This document shows positions 13,199 to 27,149 of a stretch of DNA of 64,000 nt, in pieces. The notes under the pieces were generated by a model. That model did no database searches and was not told the DNA's origin. It was given only the letters and a program-made list of their open reading frames with translations. The position numbers and the translations under genes are program-made. Source of the DNA: Octopus vulgaris (lineage: Eukaryota); the NCBI GenBank assembly GCA_951406725.2, contig OX597814.1, positions 18,352,001 to 18,416,000 of the forward strand, written 5' to 3'. Positions within the stretch are counted from its first letter, which is position 1. Each line of letters opens with the position of its first letter.

Positions 13199-14102
13199 GC
13201 TCAATTATATATAACGTATTTGATTCCAGTGATGAAGTTATAATAGTTACGTTTTGTAACAATACTGTTGCGCTGTGTCCATTGTAGAAGAAAACTACAT
13301 AATTGAAAGTGTTTCAAATAAAATGAAAAAATATAGTTAGTTCTATTAGAACAAGAACCAATAAAATTATAAATTACTATAAAACGATCATAAACCAAGA
13401 TTAAACACCTATTTCACTAGACGTGTATATCCCCCATTTTTTGAAAATAAATATCTTATACACATCTAACACAGTATTAACAAAAATGGATGACTCGATT
13501 ATTTACAATCACGTAATTACAGAACACTAAATACACAGAAAAAAATTACTGCAACTAACTAACTGTTCTATCTTCTAAAAATTACAAAAATTGAAGTGAT
13601 AAAAATAACAAAATACGATTATTTGTATTCGTGATTCTATTCTTCACAGTATTGTTTAATTTAGAACAATTTTTTAAGTGTTACTATATACATAACACAA
13701 TGTCAAAAATGTTCATTCTATACCTTTCCTTTCATTATAATTCCATTTATGTATTTTAGACATTTTTTTCTCTATTTTCTTCAGTTGGTATATAATTTTT
13801 TAAATATAAGATATTCTGAGGAGGAAAGGATAGCATTTATAATGTGTTCTAGTCGTCTCATGCCATTATGATTAATACAGTAGATATTAGAGTTAGGAGT
13901 GAAAAAATGTGTGCTCTTGCTTGCGTCAAAATGGAAGATCTGTGATAGATATACTTCGAATGAAGAAGTCCTTATTAAAGAGTACGGAGGGGAGAAAAAG
14001 TAAGGATGAAAAGAGATGTGACAAAGGAGAATCTTTGGAACTGTGTTATTTCGAAATGCGAGGAACATTCTAACCACAATGTAAGAATCAAGTAGAAAAG
14101 AG

Positions 14103-14321
14103 ACTCTCTTTTCTCTTTTACTCTTTTACTTGTTTCAGTGATTTGACTGCGGCCATGCTGGAGCACCGCCTTTAGTCGAACAAATCGACTCCGGGACATA
14201 TTCTTTGTAAGCCCAGTACTTATTCTATCGGTCTCTTTTGCCGAACCGCTAAGTGACGGGGACGTAAACACACCAGCATCGGTTGTCAAGCAATGCTAGG
14301 GGACAAACACAGACACACAAT

Positions 14322-14367
<46 letters not shown>

Positions 14368-14524
14368 TACGGCAGGTTTCTTTCAGTTTCCGTCTACCAA
14401 ATCCACTCACAAGGTATTGGTCGGCCCGGGGCTATAGCAGAAGACACTTGCCCAAGATGCCACGCAGTGGGACCGAACCCGCAACCATGTGGTTGGTTAG
14501 CAAGCTACTTACCACACGGCCACT
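14103..14524 (-). mobile_element. SINE family A, near full length
   Basis: Colinear with the other family A copies. Confidence 0.9.
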
Positions 14525-14708
14525 TTCCCTCTTTTTCCTTCCCATAAATTTTACAGTCTCTACCTTGGTTTATATGCTTTCTCATTTTCCTGTTCTATCT
14601 TTCATAGATTCAAATTTTTCATCTATGCATGAGCATATATATATATGCAACGTATTCGTGTCTATGTATGTATATATATATATATAAAATATATATATAT
14701 ATATATAT

Positions 14709-14748
<40 letters not shown>

Positions 14749-15009
14749 ACATGGTTATACATATACTTATGCTTCATCGCTAAATCTACAATTTTTTGTA
14801 TTCTTTCCCTTTTTGTTTTCTTATTTCTTTCTGTTGCACAGCGTAGGTTCGAAACGTAAAAGACTTTCTCACTTTCTCCAGCATCAAAATACACCTGCTT
14901 ATTGTTCATACACCTGTCATTATTCTGTAAATTTCAACTATATATTATATATATACATATATATATATATATGATATTATATAATATTATATATATATAT
15001 ATATATATA

Positions 15010-15040
<31 letters not shown>

Positions 15041-15119
15041 GATATTATATAATATTATATATATATATATATAATATTATATAATAGTATATATATATAT
15101 ATATAATATTATAGAATAT

Positions 15120-15194
<75 letters not shown>

Positions 15195-16003
15195 TTGCTA
15201 ATTCACACACCCGAATATATGCGTATGTCAAAGCCTATATGTGTTATGGAATGCATGTGTCATGATATTTAACGAATTTCTTTCGTAGTTCATGACATGG
15301 ATATGACGAACTGAAAATATTTTCATTAACAACTTGAACCAGCGTTTATTCGTCTATGCTGCACACAACATGATTCTGACAGGAGAGTAGAAAAGAAACC
15401 CAAATCTCTGATGGCGCCAAGTATATGATGCTTATAGATTAATACTTTGAACTTTTAGTAGGGTTTGCCATTTTGGTGTAGGTGAGATTACATTATATTT
15501 CACTTAAGATCAAAGTGAAAAGTGTCTTAGTTTTATACCCGTAATAAATATATATCTCAAAGAATAACTGAATCGTTTTGAAATTTATTTTTATGCTGTG
15601 TTTATTTCTTTGTTTGTTGTCTTTATTTGCATGGAATCTCGCGTTATTAATTTATAACAGATGTATATGTGTATGTCTTTGTATATGTATGTGTTTGTAT
15701 GAGTGTCAAACTATGTGTACGCCTGTGTTTTATGTAAGTCAGGGGTAATGGGTACATATACCTCAAGTGAAAAGTGTCATATGTGTATCTATTCTTGTAT
15801 CTATATACGCGCATACTCATACTCATATATGTATATACATGCATGCAAACACATAAAAAACATGCATATATTTGTTTACATACATGCATAGAAACTTACA
15901 TGCATTTATGTATATATATATATATGTATTTACATGCATACGCAAAAACATATACATATATGTTCGTATATATATACATATACATATATACATGTATACA
16001 TAC

Positions 16004-16081
<78 letters not shown>

Positions 16082-16280
16082 TACTCTTTACTCTTTTACT
16101 TGTTTCAGTCATTTGACTGCGGCCATGCTGGAGCACCGCCTTTATATATACATATATATATCAATACACACACACACATATATATATGAACGGCTTCTTT
16201 CAGACTCTGTCTACCAAATCCACTCACAAGGCTTCGGTTGGACCGAGGCTACAGTAGAAGACACTTGCCCAAGGTCCCAC
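16082..16280 (-). mobile_element. SINE family A, internally deleted, embedded in (TA)n
   Basis: Tail-proximal segment 16082-16144 jumps to the microsatellite and then to the GGCTTCTTTCAG...CCCAAGG segment. Confidence 0.82.
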
Positions 16281-16297
16281 ATATATATATATATATG

Positions 16298-16340
<43 letters not shown>

Positions 16341-16790
16341 AAAACTGGAATTGTTATAATCTGGGCGTATCCCTCATGCAGCCCGGTTTTCTATTAGTTA
16401 AGCCAGGTACTTAATGTAGACCATCAGAGCAGGAATTCTAGATACTTATCACTAAGAGAATGAATTAGTATGTATTTTAGTGGAGCAAATTATTAGAAAA
16501 AATGTTAGTATAGCATAAGTTTCGTATTGCTGACAATTGTTCCCGTACCACTCTGTTTCGAACCACATTGCTCAGAAATAATTACGATTCATTTCTTTCA
16601 TTCTTCCAAATGCCGATGATGTACTACTGTCGATATAATCTAATCTTCCCCTTTACACAATTTCTGAGTTTGTGCCTTTGTTTGAAACTATGTTTAAGAG
16701 GTGGTTGAACATTCTCAGGAAAAAAAATTACCAGGAATAATTATATTTCGTTTCATTTGATGTAGTTCGTTTTACTATACTCATACATTT

Positions 16791-17107
16791 GTTGTTGTTG
16801 TTGTTGTTTGTTACTTCTCTAGCCACGCCTGGCTCATAAGGGCCGATTTCCCGGTTTCTTTGGCGTATAGGTCCCTCACCTAGACGGGACGCCGGTCCGT
16901 CGCAGGTGAGCTGCAAGATGCAGGAGGAAAGAGTTAGAGAATGTTGTGGCGAAAGATTCAGCAGAAGTTCGCCATTACACTCTGCCGGAGCCGCGCAGAG
17001 CTTAGGTGTTTTGCTCACCAACACACACATCGCCCGGTCTGAGATTCGAACCTGCGATCCTTCGACCGCAATTCCGCTGCACTAACCACTAGGCCATGTG
17101 CCTCCAC
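16791..17107 (-). mobile_element. SINE family B2 (B-type tRNA head, different 3' half), (CAA)n tail
   Basis: 14-bp TSD ATACTCATACATTT at 16777-16790 and 17108-17121; head GTGGAGGCACATGGCCTAGTGG; 3' part CCTGCGACGGACCGGCGTCCCG...AAACCGGG. Confidence 0.88.
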
Positions 17108-17469
17108 ATACTCATACATTTATTCTAACATATTCGAAGACTGTTTTCAGGTTTCTATAGAGCTGGAATCAATACAGTCAATTAATTTCCTGGTATACAC
17201 TTAGTCTACTATATTCTTTTAATCTATTTAGTCTATTAGACTGAAATACTCTTGAAATATACTCACGTTAATATACACGTGTTACCTATTCAATCTCGTA
17301 TACTCTTACCTTCTTTTCAGCCTAATAAACTTCGTATTTCTACTCAGTTTTCTATACTCTTGAAATCTTTAACTTTAATATAATCCTTGAATACAATTTG
17401 TGAACTCTACACATGAAATCTACTCAATGTGCTATACTCTTAGAATCCATATCCATTTACTCTAATAGA

Positions 17470-18585
17470 TAGGTGCAGGCTTGCCTGTGTGGTAAGAAGT
17501 TTTCTACTTACTTTTGGGTTCAGATATATTACATAGTCCCTTGGGCAAGTATTTTCTACTCTAGCTCTGGTCCGACCAAACCGCATTAAGGTTTTGTAGA
17601 AAATTAAAAGCAGACGTTCGTATATGTGTGCGCTTGCATGTATGTATGTATGTATGTATGTATGTATGTATGTATGTATGTATGTATGCATGTATGTATG
17701 TATTCATGTATGTATGTATGTATGTATGTATGTATGCTTGTATGTATGTATGTATGTATCTATGCATGTATGTATTTATGCATGTATGTAAGTATGCATG
17801 TATGTATATATGTATGTATGCTTGTATGTATGTATGTAAGTATGAATGTATGTATGTATGTATGTGTGTTTGTATGTGTGTATGTATGTATGTATGTTTG
17901 TATGTATGTATGTATGTATGTATGTATGTATGTATGTATGCTTGTATGTATGTATGTAGGTATGTATGTAAGTATGCATGTATGTATATATGTATGTATG
18001 CATATATGTAAGTATGTATGTATGTAAGTATGCATGTATGTATGTAAGTATGTATGTATGTATGTATGTATGTAAGTATGTATGTATGTACGTATGTATG
18101 TATGTGTATGCATGTGTGTGTGTTTATGTGAGTCTTTGTGTTTATGTTTGTGCTTCCACCGCTTAACTACAGGTGTTAAAGTATTAGCTTTGAGTCTGAT
18201 GGTTATAATGGATCCTGTCACGGACGATGGCGCGCCCTGTCCTTTCCGCTACCCTTCTAGCTTTATATGAATCCACTGGTGTCAGTATATTCAAGTCAGG
18301 TGGTATTAGGCGAGCTGGCAGAATCGATAGCACGCCGGGCGAAAAGTGCGTAGCCGTATTTCGTCTGCCTCTACGTTCTGAGTTCTAATTCCGCCGAGGT
18401 CGACTTTGCCTTTCATCCTTTCGGCGTCGATAAATTAAGTACCAGTTACGCACTGGGGTCGATATAATCAACTTAATCCGTTTGTCTGTCCTTGTGTGTC
18501 CCTTCTATGTTTAGCCCCTTGTGGGCAATAAAGAAATAGGTATTAGGTTTGCGTATTAGCGGTTCGGCAAAAGTACTGATACAAG
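17470..18585 (+). mobile_element. Old SINE family A copy stretched by a ~470-bp (TATG)n expansion and a nested family C SINE
   Basis: Degenerate head AGGTGCAGG...TGTGTGGTAAG and CCTTGGGCAAGT at 17470-17620; (TATG)n at 17638-18110; 3' remnant TAGCGGTTCGGCAAAAG near 18557. Confidence 0.6.
18309..18538 (+). mobile_element. SINE family C
   Basis: TSD GGTATTAGG at 18302-18310 and 18539-18547. Confidence 0.9.
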
Positions 18586-18879
18586 TTATTCACATATTTT
18601 TTAAATCTTTGATTGTCCTCCAGAAACAATCGTAATGGTTATACCTTCACACTCATCTCTAAAGCAAAACATAAATATCCCTACTTATATCTATCCATCA
18701 TTATTAATCTGAAGCTTCTTGTTACAGACAAAATATTGTGATAATTATAATTGGAAAATAATGAGGTGGTACTCAGACTATTTTCTCCCAGGTAATATTT
18801 CTAATTTATACGAAATACTCGCAATTTTGAGGGGATGAGATAGAAGAATTACATCGACTTCAGGACAGGACTGATACAT

Positions 18880-19107
18880 GGCGAGCTGGCAGAATCGTTA
18901 GCACGCCGGGCGAAATGCTTTGCGGTATTTCGTCCGCCGCTGCGTTCTGAGTTCAAATTACGCCAAGGTCGACTTTGCCTTTCATCCTTTCGGGGTCGAT
19001 AAATTAAGTACCTGTTACGCACTGAATTTGATGTAATCGACTTAATCCGTTTGTCTGTCCTTGTTTGTCCCCTCTGTGTTTAGCCCCTTGTGGGTAGTAA
19101 AGAAATA
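18880..19107 (+). mobile_element. SINE family C, apparently nested in an older antisense C-like relic
   Basis: TSD GATACAT at 18873-18879 and 19108-19114; flanks resemble a degenerate reverse-strand family C copy. Confidence 0.88.
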
Positions 19108-19369
19108 GATACATTATTACATTAAAGTTGAACTCAGTGGACTTTGAACTTAAAACGTAAAGATTCAGAGCAGATGTTGTAAAGCACTTTTCGCGTATTT
19201 TTTCAGACGCTCTAGCGTTTGTGCCTCAACCGCAGCTTCAGTTCGTCTTTCTAAATTTGCATTTTCAAAATAAAAATGATTGTGGGAGTTGCGTCGACGC
19301 CCACATCCATCGCCCACGTCACCAGCACCACTAAAATTACCAGCATTAAATGTTATTTATATGGTTGTT

Positions 19370-19665
19370 CATGATGATGATGAGGAGGAGGAGGAGGAGG
19401 AGGAGGAGGAAGGGGAGGAGGTGAAAGAGAGGATTATGGCGATGGTGAACAGAAGGTGAGAACAATGCTGATTATGGTGATGGTTATGATGATGATGTTA
19501 TTGGTGATGATGATGATGACGACGATGAGGAGGAGGAGGACGACGACGACGACGATGATGATGAGGATGATGTTGATGACGACGACCACGAAGATGTCAC
19601 TGCTTCTATCGTTATTGCTGATGAAAGGCTTGTTCATATTTTCCTTCTCTTTATACTTGTGGTGG

Positions 19666-19741
<76 letters not shown>

Positions 19742-19890
19742 ACTACTACTACAACAAATAATAATAATGATAATAATAATAATACTGATGATGATGATGA
19801 TGGTGATAACAATTATAGTTATTATTATTGTTTAACAGTATTATTATTTATATTATTATCCTCATCATACTACTACTACTACTACCCCTT
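19370..19890. repeat. Compound trinucleotide microsatellite (GAG/GAT/GAC/TAC/TGC/TAA)
   Basis: Seen directly. Confidence 0.9.
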
Positions 19891-20689
19891 ACTACTATTA
19901 ATATAACTAATACAACAGTGTTAATACTAACACGAGCTGTTACTAAAGTACACGGGTTAACGTGAACAGTAGAGAAAACAGATTCTCAAACCGTAACGAC
20001 TTTGGAGACATTAATCTGAACTATACAGAGTGAGACATCCTGGTGCCATCCCTATAGGTTAGACGTTTGATAGCTTGCTGAGCAAATTTCATGGAAGAAT
20101 ACAGAAGTGATTTGCCACTGTTTTTCCCCAGTCACTTATACGCTGGAGCAGCATTGGTAACCTTCAAAGAAACGTATAAACTATAAGCTACTCAGGCGCT
20201 CTTCAAATAACCAGTCGATTCGGCACTTTGCCCCGCCTTTGGTGGCTAATTCCCATCTATAGAAGGTATGCGAAAGTTTACCACCGCCAGAAGATACAGA
20301 ATTGACGCGACTGTGAGAGAGTCTAAGCTCAGTGATGTGACCTGCAAGAAATAGCAGCCAAATTTCTGTCTTAAAGAAATAAGAGATGTATTCAATTCAT
20401 ATAAGTTGAATTTCTTAGCAAGCAGAAATCGAACGGGACGAATTTGATGGGAAGTTTGCAAACTGAAGTTAGATCTGCATTTAAAAAGAGTTTGTGCATC
20501 GGATTTCTGAGTTCAAAACCAACCGAAGTCGACATTGTCTTTCGTTCTTTCTGGGTCTATACAATTGTGTACCAGTTGATCAAATGGGGGGAAGAAATCA
20601 ACTAACCCCCTCCACTAAAATTTGAAACTATCTTTTTAATTATTATTTGGGTTTGGCTCAGGTTCGGTCTTATTACTGGTAGGATTTAT

Positions 20690-20806
20690 GTGGGTAGCAG
20701 GTTACTCTCTCCACAAGTTTTCAGCAGTCTATCGAGTACTTAGAAACCTTCCGATAACCCTTGCTGTCCCTAAGAGACAAATATTCTGTAGGAGCTCAAC
20801 TGGGCA
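20690..20806 (-). mobile_element. R4/Dong-like RLE non-LTR retrotransposon, extreme 3' fragment 1
   Basis: Minus strand reads PVELLQNICLLGTARVIGRFLSTR*, matching the QKxxLLGTxxILR C-terminal motif; abuts (TAA)n. Confidence 0.6.
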
Positions 20807-20860
20807 TATTATTATTATTGTTATTGTGGAAGACTCACACATAGTACTTAATTACCGGTT

Positions 20861-21234
20861 GTGGAGGCACAATGGCCCAGTGATTAGGGCAGCGGACTCG
20901 CGGTTTCGATTCCCAGACCGGGCGTTGTGAGTGTTTATTGAGCGAAAACACCTAAAGCTCCACGAGGCTCCGGCAGGGGATGGTGGTGATCCCTGCTGTA
21001 CTCTTTCACCACAACTTTCTCTCACTCTTACTTCCTGTTTCTGTTGTACGTGTATTTCAAAGGGCCGGCCTTGTCACTCTCTGTGTCACGCTGATATATC
21101 CCCGAGAACTACGTTAAGGGTACACGTGTCTGTGGAGTGCTCACCCACTTACACATTAATTTCACGAGCAGGCTGTTCCGTTGGTCGGATCAACCGGAAC
21201 CCACATCGTCGTAACCGACGGAGTGCTTCCATCC
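20861..21234 (+). mobile_element. SINE family B, inserted in the 3' UTR of R4/Dong fragment 2
   Basis: 11-bp TSD AATTACCGGTT at 20850-20860 and 21235-21245. Confidence 0.92.
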
Positions 21235-21245
21235 AATTACCGGTT

Positions 21246-21436
21246 AATCTTTACTTGAAAGCAGGCAATAACAAATCACCAGAGGTTTCAAGTAGTACCT
21301 TCTTCTAAGACTCAAAGAGAAAATATCCTCCTTAGAATGCAAGTTGTGCCCAACAATGCTGTCTTCTGGATCACCTCGGGCCTGACAGCAGCTTCAATAT
21401 TCTTAATGTTTTTCAAAGCCCTTGGAAACTGCTCCT
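21246..21436 (-). mobile_element. R4/Dong-like 3' fragment 2
   Basis: Minus strand reads LKNIKNIEAAVRPEVIQKTALLGTTCILRRIFSL*. Confidence 0.7.
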
Positions 21437-21478
21437 GTTATTATTTTTATTATTTCATCATCATTATTATTATTGTTA

Positions 21479-21533
<55 letters not shown>

Positions 21534-21534
21534 C

Positions 21535-21930
21535 ATTCAGTAGTTTTATTTTTATAGCATGCTTTCACTTCACTACCGAGCGCAGCTCTGTGTGCCTTGG
21601 GTATGTGCTGTGATTTGTTGTGATGCTTTGATGGTTATTGTATGGAAAGTGTTCTGCGTAGGATGTGTGCAGTGCCTAGTAGTGCAATTTTCTGTATGTT
21701 ATATGTGTTTGTAAGTCCTGGCGTTTTTGTTATGTATTTGTCTGAATATTTTTTTATCATGCCTAATGCACCTACTATGATAGGAATTGTTTCTGTTTTT
21801 AGATTCCACATTCTGGTTACCTCTATTTCCAGGTCTTTGTATTTTGAAAGTTTCTCCATTTCTTTTAGAAACACGTTGTCATCTGCTGGTAATGATACGT
21901 CAATTAGAAAGCCTTGTTTTTTTCTTCATG
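21535..21930 (-). mobile_element. R4/Dong-like 3' fragment 3 (RLE domain and 3' UTR)
   Basis: ORF 21635-21874: KEMEKLSKYKDLEIEVTRMWNLKTETIPIIVGALG...IQKIALLGTAHILRRTL; (TAA)n on both sides. Confidence 0.85.
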
Positions 21931-21944
21931 ATATTATTATTATA

Positions 21945-23231
<1,287 letters not shown>

Positions 23232-23270
23232 ATTATCATTATTATTATTAGTAGTAGTATTATTATTATT

Positions 23271-23726
23271 AGATCAAAATCACAACCATATGTGCGCGAC
23301 ATGGTGATCTCATATCAAGATAAACAGCACATGACCTTGCAGGTGGGGCCCAGTTAGAATTTTCTTCAGGTTGAGTAGCCCATCCCGCTCAAAAGGTCCC
23401 TGAATAAGGGTTGTTTAAGGATGTTGAAAGAACTACCCATGTTTCCAGAGGTGAATTATTTAAACCCCAAAGAATCCCTCTCAACACATGGCTATGATGC
23501 TCCCCGACTACTTCTGCTCGTGATCAGAGATGCACATATCGTCAGCCACTAAGGGACATGCTCAACTGGTTAAGGTCAAACAACTGACAAGCAAATCTGT
23601 GGTATTGAGCAGAATATTTTCTGTAGCCCATCTTTTATACCAAGACAAAACAATGTACATGATAACACTTCCAATCAGTTAAGATCAGAAGCCATGAGAG
23701 CCACTGCCTGGTACTGCATCAGGGCA

Positions 23727-23728
<2 letters not shown>
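23271..23728. mobile_element. Unclassified ~460-bp complex insertion flanked by (TAA)n on both sides
   Basis: Higher-GC non-coding island between two (TTA)n tracts within the R4/Dong cluster; no ORF in the track covers it. Confidence 0.5.
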
Positions 23729-23785
<57 letters not shown>

Positions 23786-23787
23786 GA

Positions 23788-23984
23788 TCAAAATTAAAAG
23801 AAGAGTGCCATGGTTATCTAGAGATCGATATTTCGACATCTCATGTGTCTTCAACTGGTTCAGAAAATAATTTCGTCAATCTACTTCATTTTGGTTAATA
23901 TATAAAGGATTGATAACAATGGCACTCTTCTTTTAATTTTGACTCTATATCTTCAGGAGGAGTTACCTCAATCCTTTATATATT
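23788..23984. repeat. Overlapping inverted repeats, probably a Penelope-like pseudo-LTR remnant
   Basis: 31-bp inverted repeat 23788-23818/23912-23942 (1 mismatch); 17-bp inverted repeat 23897-23913/23968-23984; minus-strand TTGAAGACACATGAGATGTCGAAA resembles a hammerhead core. Confidence 0.55.
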
Positions 23985-24015
23985 ATTATTATCCTCATCC
24001 TCATCATCATCATCA

Positions 24016-24056
<41 letters not shown>

Positions 24057-25240
24057 ATTAACGATAAACATTAGTCCATTCGTGCAATCATTGGGTCATC
24101 AGGCACTCCTTTGCGGTATTCATTGCTCCCCTTTGCGTTCTACATTCAAATACTGTCAAGTTTGACATTACTTTCATCCAATCGGTACGATAAAATAGTA
24201 TGCTAGTCCAGTACTGAGGCCGATTGAATCGATGCTCTCTTACCAATATTGTTGAATTTGTGCATAAAGAAACAATTGTTAACGAAGAGGAAACAGCAAT
24301 GTCTCCCACTCGTCCGGTTCATGATATAAAGCAATAAACATTTAAATTCTGAATTCAAATCACCTTAAGGATAACCTAGTGATGTATATTTGAGCATCAT
24401 TAAAAGAAAAGCTTGCAAAGTACTGCGATCTATTAAACTAAGTATACAATTTCTCTCAAATGTATGACGTATGAATGAATTCTTGTAGGACATATATAAA
24501 GTAATGAAATCACTCAACATCTGAAAGAGGAGATGCAATGGAAATGGCAAAAATGAACAGGCTCTTGAATTTAGAAGCTGACTACACATAGTCAAACAAC
24601 TGAGATTAGAAATAAAACTGTTGAGAAAAGTAATTGATGATCAATGATGTAAGCTGATCAATAGAATTAACAAAGCAAACATTTATTTGGTTTCTATATT
24701 TAGTGCGTCATATTTGATTTGTCATAAATATTACGCTGAAGTGTTTGTTTTGAATTGATTCAACTTGACTTATACTATACCCGTACTTCATCTTTATCTC
24801 AAATAACACCGCTGTTAATACAGTATCCTTATTTTTGCATTCAAGCAACGTTATGTTAACACACCACTTCTTCAAATTTAAATTTGATTTCTCTTGATTG
24901 GGCAGTGGTCCAAAAATTTTTAATGTGTGTTCGAGTGCATCAATTCTAGTGTAATAATAGTGCTTGATTTATTGATTCGACACGAACAATGTACAAACCG
25001 ATATGTAAGGAATAAGTAGGGAAGTCAGAGTCTCTATCGATATTCTCATTTATTTCTTAAAATTTATGAAAAGATAAAGAAAGTGTGAGGAAGTGGTATT
25101 TTTGATTGATGTAACAGTAATCTGTTTCAGATTGCAAGCAGGATTTTAACACAACACATAACTGTAATTAATTAGATTCTCCAGCTATGAATCTGGTAAC
25201 CATTCGTTTCCGAATCGCTCAATGCCAGAAATAAGATAAT

Positions 25241-25623
25241 GTGGAAGCACTCCGTCGGTTACGACGACGAGGGTTCTGGTTGATCCGAATCAACGGAACA
25301 GCCTGCTCGTGAAATTAACTTGTAAGTGACTGAGCACTCCACAGACACGTGTACCCTTAACGTAGTTCTCGGGGATATTCAGCGTGACACAGAGTGACAA
25401 GGCCGGCCCCTTGAAATACAGGTACAACAGAAACAGGAAGTAAGAGTGAGAGAAAGTTGTGGTGAAAGAGTACAGCAGGGATCACCACCATCCCCTGCCG
25501 GAGCCTCGTGGAGCTTTAGGTGTTTTCGCTCAATAAACACTCACAACGCCCGGTCTGGGAATCGAAACCGCGATCCTACGACCGCGAGTCCGCTGCCCTA
25601 ACCACTGGGCCATTGCGCCTCCT
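25241..25623 (-). mobile_element. SINE family B, full length
   Basis: 13-bp TSD GAAATAAGATAAT at 25228-25240 and 25624-25636. Confidence 0.93.
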
Positions 25624-25854
25624 GAAATAAGATAATATATATAAATACGCTAGTGTTTGTTTTCATTGGGTTGTCTGTATTTATTGAGTATACCCTACGT
25701 GATATGAGCGCAGTGTCTAACTGTGTTATATTCAGTACTATGTATTTTTGTGCACGTTATGTGGCTTTGGTTATAATATTTAGAATAATTCTCAAAGCAT
25801 CCGTTATCATAAGGCCTGCTTTCGTTTCATATCCCAGCATATCAGATTTTTATA

Positions 25855-26110
25855 TACTCTTTTACACTTTGATTTGTTTCAGTCATTTGACTGCGGCCAT
25901 GCTGGAGCACCGCCTTTTAGTCGAGCAAATCGATGCCAGGACTTATTCTTTATAAGCCTAGTACTTATTCTATCGGCCTTTCTGCCGAACAGCTAAGTTA
26001 CAGGGACGTAAACACACCAGCATCTGTTGTCAAGCGATGTTGGGGGGCGGGGAACAAACATAGACACACAAACTCACACACACACACATACAAACATACA
26101 TACATACATA
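25855..26110 (-). mobile_element. SINE family A, 3' half
   Basis: Matches family A from the tail to the internal microsatellite. Confidence 0.85.
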
Positions 26111-26455
26111 CAAACATACACACATGGATGCATTATATCAGCTGAATTATATGGATGAATTATATCAGCTATTAACATCTAAGAAGAAATTGCTTAATGA
26201 AAGACCTGAGAATGTTCTATCATGTACACGCTATTCTAAATACGTGTTTGGAAATATTTATTAAATATGTATATCTGTACTCCTATGAATAAATTTATAA
26301 GTGTACATATACGTGTATATGTACGTGTATGTGTATGTATATATATATGTGTGTGTATATGCATGTATATGTATATAGGTATGGGTATGTCTATATATGT
26401 ATATATGTGTGTATATGTATGTCTATGCATGTGTGTATGTATATGTGTGTATATA

Positions 26456-26492
<37 letters not shown>

Positions 26493-26778
26493 ATATATAT
26501 ATGTATATACATACATATCTATGTATATCTAGGTGTGTATGACTTTACCTGTATATATATGGATATTTATGTGTCTATATGTATATGTACACGTATGTCT
26601 ATGGAAGTCTCTATATTAATTTGTATGTATGTATATGTCTGTATATAATTTATTGTATTATGGGTATATGTATGTATATATATATATATATATATTTGAA
26701 TGTGAGTGTATCTATGTGTATATATGTATGTAGGTATGTAGGCATGTATATATGTATATGGGTATATATTTATTTGTG

Positions 26779-26825
<47 letters not shown>

Positions 26826-27020
26826 GTGTATGCATGTGTATGTATATATATATATATGTATATATGTATATGTATTTATATGTATATATATGTATATACA
26901 TAAACTTAGATAAACTTAGATATGTTTCGACCAAAGATTGGTCCAGGCCATGTCTAACTTAATAGCACCACCTGATAGGATTATTCGAATCCTGTTTAAG
27001 TCAAGTTTTGTTTAAGTCAA

Positions 27021-27149
27021 GTTTTGTTCAAGTAGTGAGTTCTTGTTGGGTGAGTTGTATCCAGTTTTGTTCAAGTAGTGAGTTCTTGTTGGGTGAGTTG
27101 TATCCAGTTTTGTTCAAGTAGTGAGTTCTTGTTGGGTGAGTTGTATCCA
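27021..27149. repeat. Three tandem copies of a 43-bp unit at the LINE ORF end
   Basis: GTTTTGTTCAAGTAGTGAGTTCTTGTTGGGTGAGTTGTATCCA-type unit starting at 27021, 27064 and 27107. Confidence 0.95.

Noticed and set aside
23670-23726. Faint similarity to 5S rRNA or U2 snRNA
   Set aside because: Only short scattered word matches; unsupportable without an alignment.
27021-27149. CRISPR-like direct repeats
   Set aside because: The units are contiguous with no unique spacers, lie inside a LINE, and the context is eukaryotic with no cas genes.
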